From assembly GCA_046081565.1 (NCBI GenBank), contig JBJTWF010000148.1:1-62353 (forward strand): a stretch of DNA of 62,353 nt, written 5' to 3'. The notes beneath the pieces are model-generated. The model saw nothing but the letters and a program-made list of their open reading frames with translations. It ran no database searches and was not told the DNA's origin. The stretch is from Flavobacteriales bacterium (GTDB lineage: Bacteria > Bacteroidota > Bacteroidia > Flavobacteriales_D > Crocinitomicaceae). Made by a program: the position numbers and the translations under genes. Below are positions 18,845 to 26,498 of this stretch, in pieces (the stretch's first letter is position 1; every line of letters begins with the position of its first letter).

Positions 18845-21169
18845 CTAATTTATAACCACAACCTTTCCTACTTTTCTTGATGTTCCTTCGTTATTCGCTG
18901 TCCAGAAAAGGTACACTCCCGTGGCTACTTTTGTCCCATCAAGCCTTCTTCCATCCCACACGGCGGTTCCACCGTTGGAAGTCGTTTTAAACACAAGGTT
19001 TCCTGCAATATCCGTGACTTTTACGTCCGAATCGTACCGAATTCCCTGTATCGTAATCAGGCCCTCATAATTGGGTCTCACAGGGTTGGGAAAAACTTTG
19101 ATAGAAGAATAATCTGCATCATCCCAAGAGGCATCGGATCGGTAGGATACCAGGCCTAAGTCTGTAATTATAAATAGTTCCCCGGTTTCATGATTCAAGG
19201 TTAAATCATAAATATTATTTGAAATCAATGGTGAGTTTTCCTTTGTAAATTGTTGAAGTATTTCGGATCCATCGGAGGACAGTAGGATTAAGCCAGAACT
19301 TGCTGTGGCAATCCATTTTCGATTACCCCCGTCCACTTCAATATCCGTTATATGTGTTGTCCCTAATACAAATTCCACGTTTCCTTCGAACCTTACTTTT
19401 ATTCTTTGGGCATTAAATTCGCCCGGAGAAGCATTAAAGGAACCTAAAGGGTTATATAAAACAGCAAAGCCCGCATCGGTGCCAATCCACAATTCACCAT
19501 CTAAATCAACGGCCAGGGCGGTAACGTTCATAGAGGGAAGGGCTCCGGCGAAATCCCCATTCGTTAAATTAATGGTTTTATCATCGGCGGCATTGTCGAT
19601 TGTTCCACCATGGTGATACCCAAAGAGCCCTCCAGTTTCTGAAGCAAACCAAAGGTTTTCGTCAGCATCAATTACCATTCTTGTGGTAAACTTATTCCGT
19701 GCCTCTGAACCGCAATCGAAGGCATACCAATTATCCTCTTTTGTTTTGACAACCAATGGCTTTTCGGTATATCCATTTAAAACCCAAAGGTTACCCTTTT
19801 TGTCGTAGCAAACATCGGATGCTAGGGACCACCCGTTCCCGGCTAGCGAAAGTTGAAGTTGGCTATTGGTTTCGTTGTAAACCATGCATGCGTTGTCTTT
19901 CAATACCGAAATCGGATAGGCAGAATAGGTTGCAACCGCTATTTCGTCGGTATTTCTTGGGTTGATGGACACGTCTATAAAGTCGTGAATGTCTATCCCT
20001 TGCCACGCAGCTTGATTTTCCTTGTCTTGATAACTCCAGTCCTCGTTTTCAAAAACATAGTATCCGTTGCGTAAGAAGCCCGGGCTTTTAAATTCAAGTC
20101 TTCCGCTGGCAATTGCAAGCTTGCCTTTCTGCCAATCCATAGCATAAAAATCATTTCTCGGTGGACCAGGATAAGAAATAGCCTCATAAGAATAGGCTCC
20201 AATAATGCGCATGGGGCCACTAAACTCATCCGCGATCCACTTATCCCCATTCGGCAACGAAACCATCTGGTTGGGTCGAAAAAAAACACCCAAATAAAAG
20301 GTTAAAGCGCTCTCTATTACCTGAGCATTTTGATCTAATGATAAAAGGGCACCATCAGCAAGAACATCAAGTAGGCCTTGGTGCTGTGTTAAGTTAATAA
20401 TTTCTAGTCCTGTTGAATAATACGAAACGGGTATCGCCTCTGTTGGGAGAAGTCGAAGAATCGTGTCTGAACCATAGGCCTCTGTTTTAGCAAGTACATA
20501 GGTTTCTTGTTGTACCTGTTCAATCGCGGCATATTTTCCAGAACCAAACAGAGGGACTCTCGGGTCTTGAATCCATGCCTCCGGAGCGGGCAACATGACG
20601 TCATCAACGTTACCCAAAAGCAACCGTGTTGGGGAAAGCGCATACAAAACGTTGTTGATAACCACTAGGTCAAGAATGGGCTCAGCTCCATTGGTGGGGT
20701 AATAGGTGTCTTTAATTTCATTTTTGTTGGTATTAATCAACACTATTCCGAAATCTGTGGCAACATACACGCCTTGGTTGCTTTGATAAAACCGATTAAT
20801 TCTTTTGCTTCCCGAAAGGTTGGCAAGGCGAATAGCGGGAATATTCGTAATGTTATCCCCACGAATTACATCAATGTTTCCGTTGACGTAGCCCACATAA
20901 AAAGCCTGCTGAATGGAATCATAAAATAAGGCGGAAATCAGCATGTCTGACAGGCCATTCATTTTGTTTAACAGGGCCTTTTCTTTGCTCTCGAGATGAT
21001 ATTTCAAAATTCCATTTTCATACGCCACCAGAACAAATTCTTTGTCGGACGCAATGTCTATGGCTTGTTTTGTGGCTGTATGTAGGCGCCAAGATCCCGT
21101 TTCAATTTGCGCTGAAAGGTTGTAGGCAAGAAAAAACATTGATAAAAACGAAACGAGCCTATACATCAT
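18845..21169 (-). CDS. T9SS-sorted double beta-propeller protein, PorZ-like
   Basis: Signal peptide (FLAYNLSAQ). About 650 aa of repeated propeller-blade-like segments (two-component regulator propeller type). C-terminal T9SS type-A CTD (IKVFPNPV...GVYLFWTAN...GKVVVIN). The 774-aa size and architecture match P. gingivalis PorZ as I remember it. Confidence 0.6.
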   Translation of the reverse strand: MMYRLVSFLSMFFLAYNLSAQIETGSWRLHTATKQAIDIASDKEFVLVAYENGILKYHLESKEKALLNKMNGLSDMLISALFYDSIQQAFYVGYVNGNIDVIRGDNITNIPAIRLANLSGSKRINRFYQSNQGVYVATDFGIVLINTNKNEIKDTYYPTNGAEPILDLVVINNVLYALSPTRLLLGNVDDVMLPAPEAWIQDPRVPLFGSGKYAAIEQVQQETYVLAKTEAYGSDTILRLLPTEAIPVSYYSTGLEIINLTQHQGLLDVLADGALLSLDQNAQVIESALTFYLGVFFRPNQMVSLPNGDKWIADEFSGPMRIIGAYSYEAISYPGPPRNDFYAMDWQKGKLAIASGRLEFKSPGFLRNGYYVFENEDWSYQDKENQAAWQGIDIHDFIDVSINPRNTDEIAVATYSAYPISVLKDNACMVYNETNSQLQLSLAGNGWSLASDVCYDKKGNLWVLNGYTEKPLVVKTKEDNWYAFDCGSEARNKFTTRMVIDADENLWFASETGGLFGYHHGGTIDNAADDKTINLTNGDFAGALPSMNVTALAVDLDGELWIGTDAGFAVLYNPLGSFNASPGEFNAQRIKVRFEGNVEFVLGTTHITDIEVDGGNRKWIATASSGLILLSSDGSEILQQFTKENSPLISNNIYDLTLNHETGELFIITDLGLVSYRSDASWDDADYSSIKVFPNPVRPNYEGLITIQGIRYDSDVKVTDIAGNLVFKTTSNGGTAVWDGRRLDGTKVATGVYLFWTANNEGTSRKVGKVVVIN

Positions 21170-21272
21170 GACACAAACGCTATTTAAACAAAAATATTCC
21201 TAAAAAGACGGAATTCAAAATCAAGGCACTTAATAAATCACAAAAAGCCCTTATCTTTCGAATTCAATAACC

Positions 21273-22931
21273 ATGTCTTTTTATCAACGTCATCTCTACG
21301 CCACGGGGCTATTTTTGTTTCTTGTTCCCACGGTTATTTTTACCCTTAGCTCCCTAATCCTTATGGTAAACCTGCCTCTGGGCGGTGTAATCTATCCTGT
21401 TTCCTTTATCCTTGCATTGTTTTTGGTGTTTTGGTGGGTTTTCAAAGGTGAAAAAAAAATCTCACTCAATGTCTTTCTTTTTGGGGGAATTGGAACGTTA
21501 TTCACCGTTTTTGCTCTCGGGTTATCCGGTATTTTTTATGATGTATCGTTTGATGGGCAATGGTATCACCAAGATGCCATTTTGTTTTTATCGGACGGAT
21601 GGAATCCCTTTTATGATGCCGGTATCCCTGATGGATTGGTTTCAGGAAACAACGCTAACTATATAAACCATTACCCAAAAGCCACTTGGATTTACCAAAG
21701 CGTGGTTTATCTTTTTTGGGGGAACATTGAATGGGGGAAGTCCTTACACTTCCATCTGTTGTTTTCTTTTGGTTTTTTGCTGTTCTCCTTTTTATCCCAA
21801 AAAACGGTGCTATCCGTAACACAACGCATCATACTGGTGTTAATGGCTGTTATTTCACCCATTACCCTCGGACAACTTTTTAGTTTCTATGTAGATGGAA
21901 TACTCTATTGCTTTCTGGGACTCTTTTTGCTATTCCTTCTTGACTGCGTTGTACACCATGAAAAACGATGGCCCCTCCTTATCTTATCGTTCGTTTTTTT
22001 GATCAATATAAAATTCACAGGTTTGGTTTATGCCCTTTTATTTGCGTTTGGATGTTTCGTTTACCAGACGTGGGTAGCTAAAAAATTGTCCTTAGGCCCT
22101 GTTTTTCGTTTTATCCTTATATCCATCATGGGCGTTTTTGTGTTTGGATACCCAACCTACGGTAGAAACCTAATGGAAAAAAACCATATATTTTTTCCTA
22201 TCATGGGAAAAAACAACGAAGGTCGTCAAATCGCACAAGCACAATATCCCAGTGATTTTTATGGATTAAATCGAGTTGAAAAATTCCTCAGCGCTCACCG
22301 TGCTATCCCCAATTATACTGCAGAAACTCATCCTTCCGTTCCCAAAAAAAACCTGTTTAACCCGAAATTCATTCAATCTTCCATTCCTTACTACAACAAC
22401 CATCAGCCGGTAACTATGAGTCCTTTTGGTCCTTTTGAACTTGAACTCTGGGTGTTCTTCGGGCTTTCCATGATCTTCTTTTTTCTGTTTGTGCGGGAAC
22501 GATTGATTTACTTTTCTTGTGTTTTATTTTTACTTTCCATGCTAATCCAACCTGAGTTTTGGAATTTGCGATATGCGCCACAGCTTTTGTGGTTCATTCT
22601 CTTGGTTCAAGGCGCCCTCTTAATTTCTTCCTATCGCATTGTTCGCCTATTTTCTTTGGTGTTTTGTGTTTTATTTATAACCAACGGTATAATTGCGAGT
22701 AAGGAAAATTGGCGCTGGGTCGCGAATAGAAATCAGCAATTAAATGAAACGTTATTGGAACTTTCTAAAAAAAACGTAGTAATATACCCCGGTTGGATGG
22801 GTTCATTTACATTAAAATTAAAAGACTACAATATAACCTCTTTTCCAAGCACTTCCCGTGGCGAGGGTGGCGCTGTTGAATTTTACGAAGGTGATTTTAC
22901 GGGGTGGAAGTATAAAATAGTACAAGAATGA
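21273..22931 (+). CDS. Polytopic membrane protein, GT-C-like glycosyltransferase candidate
   Basis: 552 aa and at least 10 hydrophobic helices. Long first extracytoplasmic loop rich in Asp and aromatics (YDVSFDGQWYHQDAILFLSDGWNPFYD). Small soluble C-terminal domain. ATGA overlap with the downstream UbiA-family gene. Confidence 0.5.
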   Translation: MSFYQRHLYATGLFLFLVPTVIFTLSSLILMVNLPLGGVIYPVSFILALFLVFWWVFKGEKKISLNVFLFGGIGTLFTVFALGLSGIFYDVSFDGQWYHQDAILFLSDGWNPFYDAGIPDGLVSGNNANYINHYPKATWIYQSVVYLFWGNIEWGKSLHFHLLFSFGFLLFSFLSQKTVLSVTQRIILVLMAVISPITLGQLFSFYVDGILYCFLGLFLLFLLDCVVHHEKRWPLLILSFVFLINIKFTGLVYALLFAFGCFVYQTWVAKKLSLGPVFRFILISIMGVFVFGYPTYGRNLMEKNHIFFPIMGKNNEGRQIAQAQYPSDFYGLNRVEKFLSAHRAIPNYTAETHPSVPKKNLFNPKFIQSSIPYYNNHQPVTMSPFGPFELELWVFFGLSMIFFFLFVRERLIYFSCVLFLLSMLIQPEFWNLRYAPQLLWFILLVQGALLISSYRIVRLFSLVFCVLFITNGIIASKENWRWVANRNQQLNETLLELSKKNVVIYPGWMGSFTLKLKDYNITSFPSTSRGEGGAVEFYEGDFTGWKYKIVQE

Positions 22932-23806
22932 TAACCATTTTTTCTTTATTAAGAATTAAAAGTTGGGTTAAAAATGGGTTTCTCTTGCTGCCCGCCGTTT
23001 TTTCGTTACACCTGTTTACTCCTGGGGTATTATCCTCTTTATGCATTGGCTTTCTTGCCTTTTCGCTTTCTTGTTCTTTTGTTTATATCATAAATGACAT
23101 TCAAGACCGTGAGCGAGATCAATTGCATCCTAGGAAAAAACTTCGTCCTATCGCTTCGGGTAAAGTTTCTGTACGCAGCTCCCTTTTTGCTGCCCTGGTT
23201 TGTCTGAGTATTGCTTTATTCCTTGCCTATAGCGTTCTTTCAAGCGTAGCCTTCACGCTTTTAATGCTCGGATATGTTGCCGTAAATGTTGGTTATTCGT
23301 TTGGATTGAAGAATATTCCCTTACTCGAATTGATTATTGTCTCCGTAAATTTTGTGTTACGCGTTTTAGCGGGATGTGTTATTTTAAAGGAAACCCCCTC
23401 GCATTGGATTTTGGTCGTTACCTTTTTTATGTCTCTGTTTTTAGTGGTGGTTAAAAGAAAATCCGAACTGTTGCAACTCAACATGCATGCTACTGCACAC
23501 CGAAAATCTTTGGCTTCATATACCCTTTCCTTTTTGAATGTTCTTATTTATATTTCCGCAACCGTTACCCTTACCGCTTATTTACTGTACTCCATGGACC
23601 CAGCAGTCATTCATTCCTTGGGTTCTTCGAATGTATTATATAGTTCCTTATTTGTATTACTAGGACTCATACGATACATTCAAATCAGTGAACTTTCTTT
23701 ATATGAAGGAGAGGGAGACCCTACCACCCTATTGTTTAAAGATGGGTTTCTTTTGGCAACCATTTGTGCTTGGGTCTTCTATCTTGTTTTGATTATTTAT
23801 GTCTGA
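22928..23806 (+). CDS. UbiA-family polyprenyl-phosphate phosphoribosyltransferase (decaprenyl-phosphate 5-phosphoribosyltransferase, Rv3806c-like)
   Basis: 292 aa, about 8-9 TM helices. The motif IINDIQDRERDQLHPRKKLRPIASGKVS matches the NDxxDxxxD...HPxKxxRPIAxG block that I associate with Rv3806c-type enzymes. Confidence 0.75.
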   Translation: MITIFSLLRIKSWVKNGFLLLPAVFSLHLFTPGVLSSLCIGFLAFSLSCSFVYIINDIQDRERDQLHPRKKLRPIASGKVSVRSSLFAALVCLSIALFLAYSVLSSVAFTLLMLGYVAVNVGYSFGLKNIPLLELIIVSVNFVLRVLAGCVILKETPSHWILVVTFFMSLFLVVVKRKSELLQLNMHATAHRKSLASYTLSFLNVLIYISATVTLTAYLLYSMDPAVIHSLGSSNVLYSSLFVLLGLIRYIQISELSLYEGEGDPTTLLFKDGFLLATICAWVFYLVLIIYV

Positions 23807-24419
23807 TCCGCGCGTAAACCTAGCTTTTTTTGATTTTGATGGCACCCTGTATCGTGGAGACTGTTTTGTCGATTTTTGTCTTTTTTTTTATCGTAAAAAC
23901 CCGTTAAGGTTGAGGTTTAGTTTTCATCAACTCATTTCGTTTTTCTTGTGGAAAACAGGAATAATTGATACGACTACGTTTAAATCTCGGTTCCTAATTT
24001 TCTTGCAAAAAGACTCGATGGAAAAAGTGGAGGCCGTAATAAACGACTTTTGGGCTCTCCGAAGAAGATTCCATGAGGCGGTTTTGGATGCGTTGTCTAT
24101 GGCGAGACAACAAGGATATACCTGTATCGTTGTGTCGGCTTCACCAGAAATATTGTTAAACCCTGTAAAAAACAACCTGATGCTGGATGCTGTAATCGGC
24201 ACGGAGCTCGTTTCTACCCCAAAAGGGTGGCGTATTGAAATAAACTGTAGAGGAGAGATAAAGTGGAAAAAAATCCAGGAACGTTATTCTTCCTTTTGTC
24301 TTCAAGTGGCTTATTCAGACAACCAGGACGATGAAATCATACTACAGAAAGCGATTAAAGGGTATGTGGTTCATAAGGGAACGATAATCCCATTCATGGG
24401 GACGGATGATCAACGATAA
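23799..24419 (+). CDS. HAD-IB superfamily phosphatase
   Basis: HAD motif I FFDFDGTLY, motif II VVSAS, motif IV YSDNQDDE. 8-nt overlap with the UbiA-family gene. Confidence 0.8.
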   Translation: MSDPRVNLAFFDFDGTLYRGDCFVDFCLFFYRKNPLRLRFSFHQLISFFLWKTGIIDTTTFKSRFLIFLQKDSMEKVEAVINDFWALRRRFHEAVLDALSMARQQGYTCIVVSASPEILLNPVKNNLMLDAVIGTELVSTPKGWRIEINCRGEIKWKKIQERYSSFCLQVAYSDNQDDEIILQKAIKGYVVHKGTIIPFMGTDDQR

Positions 24420-26454
24420 ATGCCGCATCCAATCGTTGTTGTTCGGTTTCAGAAACATGATTGATCTTCGCTTTTGTTTGAATATCTTTTTTCCATACTG
24501 GATCGCGATTTATTTTTAAAATAATCTTAGCTATTTCTGCTTCTCTTAGTGAATGTCGAATTGATTTTGTCGCATTTACCTTTTTCAACGATTGCTCATC
24601 TAAATAATACCAACACTCGCTCCCGGAGCGAACTAGCCTCCAAGAATCCTTGCGGCAAGAAGGGAGAATACCAAACGGTTTTAACGCGTCTAATCGGTGG
24701 TTATGAACCGCCATTTTAGTAATTGTACTGGTGTTGTTACAGTAAATAACGGGGGGCGTCCTTTCCGAAAAATCAAATTGCTGGGTTGTCCGAGCAATAA
24801 AAATTTGAGGATCAGGATTATACCAAGAGGGGACCTGGTTCAAAAACCATGTGGCGATAGGCATATGGGATAAATTTGACCAATCAAAGCGATTATGAGG
24901 GTTGTGCAACTTTATTAACCCGCCCTGTGTTAAAAGACAAAAAAGGAATATTACCCGTTGCCAACGAGTCGAATAGGTTGCTAATAGATAAAACGCATGA
25001 AATAAAAGCGGTACCGCAATCCATGTTGCGTATCGATTTACAATGGCCATCCCGTGGTTCCAATTGCTCATGGCACAAACGGTAAGGGTCATCATCAATA
25101 CGACCATTGGAATGAAATCCCAATGGGTAATCGTTTTATTTTTTAAAACCCTAAATCCTCGCTGAATTAAAAGAAAAATATAGACAAAAATCCAAAGACC
25201 GATGCCTAGGATCATTCCCTGGTTCCAATCCATAAAAAAACCATAGATGCGCTCAAGTGTAATGTTATTTACTGATAGAAAACCCGCCTCTTTTATTAGG
25301 CTTGTTTTACCGAACAAAACCCAAAAATAAATCGACGGCATGAAAGGGATTATGGATAATATCCCCAGTAAAACCATTTTTTTTGCCTCCGTTCTGCTTT
25401 CCCACCCAAGAGGAACCAACATCCATAGGAAAACAAGAAACAAGGGTTGATTTTGAAGGGTGGCAAGCCCCACAAAAACCAATGCCAACCATCGTAAGGA
25501 ATGAGTCCAAGCAATAAACCCTGACGCCAGTAAAACAAAGGTGAAAACTTCGGGATGGGTCCAACTCGAATAATAAAAAATTCCACTAAAAAACAATACC
25601 AAAAGGGATAAAAACGCAAGCTTTTTCCTTTTAAAAAGAAGAAAAAAAGCCCATACCAGAAAGGCGAACCAAAACATCGCGTTGGTATAAATAAACGCTT
25701 TTATCGGGTGGAATCCAACCCATTCAGAGACCCACCTCATGGGCGTATTTACCAAGGAATAAAAAACAAAATGATATCCATACACATCACCCGCTTGGTT
25801 TCTATAAAAACCCCCATATTCTGATCGCGTTTTTGATGCTAAAAACTGTTCTACCTCATCAAACGCTTGTTTCTTATAATTATCCTTCCACGCCTGGTGG
25901 GCTAAAAAATCTGTTTTAAACGAACGATAATCTGTTAACCGAATATCTGGAGACCCATGGTTTTTCCATGCTTCCGTCGTTAGAATATATTCTATTCCAT
26001 CTCCGGTTGGATAGGGCTCTGCTTTGTTGATATAAAACCCAAAGAGGAGAAGCAAAGCATACCGGGATGCCTTACCGATAAAGATAAACAAAAAGGTTTT
26101 TTTCCAAGGGGATCTAAAAAAACCTAATGCAACCGATAAGACGTCGCCAATAAACGGAAGCCAAGAAAGTAGGGCCATCCACGGGCCATAACGGTGGACC
26201 TTTCCTTTCCATCGTTCGATTTGTTCCTGGGATACTCCCACCCTTTTTAACCATATCGGTTTGGCTAAATATCCGATGCCATAATTCAAGAATCCTCCTA
26301 AGGTATTTCCTGCGGTTGCTACCAGCAAACAGAGCCAAGGGTTAAAAGAAAAAAGCATCAAGACAAAAAGTGCTTCTGATGCAATAGGCAAGATAGTCGC
26401 GGCTAAAAACGCGGCTAAAAACAATCCTAAATATCCCCAGGCAATCCAGTCCAT
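24394..26454 (-). CDS. Fusion protein with an N-terminal DedA/YqaA (SNARE-associated, VTT) domain and a large GT-C-like polytopic membrane domain
   Basis: The first ~140 aa (LGLFLAAFLAATILPIASEALFVLML...GNTLGGFLNYGIGY...LSWLPFIGD) look like YqaA/DedA. The remainder is ~540 aa with many TM helices. It has an acidic/aromatic loop after the DedA-like domain (YPTGDGIEYILTTEAWKNHG) that resembles the loop of the 21273 gene. Confidence 0.55.
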   Translation of the reverse strand: MDWIAWGYLGLFLAAFLAATILPIASEALFVLMLFSFNPWLCLLVATAGNTLGGFLNYGIGYLAKPIWLKRVGVSQEQIERWKGKVHRYGPWMALLSWLPFIGDVLSVALGFFRSPWKKTFLFIFIGKASRYALLLLFGFYINKAEPYPTGDGIEYILTTEAWKNHGSPDIRLTDYRSFKTDFLAHQAWKDNYKKQAFDEVEQFLASKTRSEYGGFYRNQAGDVYGYHFVFYSLVNTPMRWVSEWVGFHPIKAFIYTNAMFWFAFLVWAFFLLFKRKKLAFLSLLVLFFSGIFYYSSWTHPEVFTFVLLASGFIAWTHSLRWLALVFVGLATLQNQPLFLVFLWMLVPLGWESRTEAKKMVLLGILSIIPFMPSIYFWVLFGKTSLIKEAGFLSVNNITLERIYGFFMDWNQGMILGIGLWIFVYIFLLIQRGFRVLKNKTITHWDFIPMVVLMMTLTVCAMSNWNHGMAIVNRYATWIAVPLLFHAFYLLATYSTRWQRVIFLFCLLTQGGLIKLHNPHNRFDWSNLSHMPIATWFLNQVPSWYNPDPQIFIARTTQQFDFSERTPPVIYCNNTSTITKMAVHNHRLDALKPFGILPSCRKDSWRLVRSGSECWYYLDEQSLKKVNATKSIRHSLREAEIAKIILKINRDPVWKKDIQTKAKINHVSETEQQRLDAAFIVDHPSP

Positions 26455-26460
26455 AAAAAA

Positions 26461-26478
26461 AGGCCGGAAATCCGGCCT
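26461..26478 (-). terminator. Rho-independent terminator of the 26499..28319 gene
   Basis: AGGCCGGA-AA-TCCGGCCT perfect hairpin, followed on the minus strand by a T7 run (A-run 26455-26461 on the plus strand). Confidence 0.85.
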
Positions 26479-26498
26479 ATTTCAAGAATACTTTATAC

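Noticed and set aside
21451-21459. An A9 homopolymer inside the 5' part of the GT-C-like gene, considered as a possible slipped-strand phase-variation switch.
   Set aside because: Comparable runs occur in ordinary housekeeping genes here, for example A8 in cysQ at 11143-11150 and T/A8 near the dehydrogenase start at 43575-43582. The tract is therefore compatible with background composition and Lys codons. There is no supporting evidence for phase variation.
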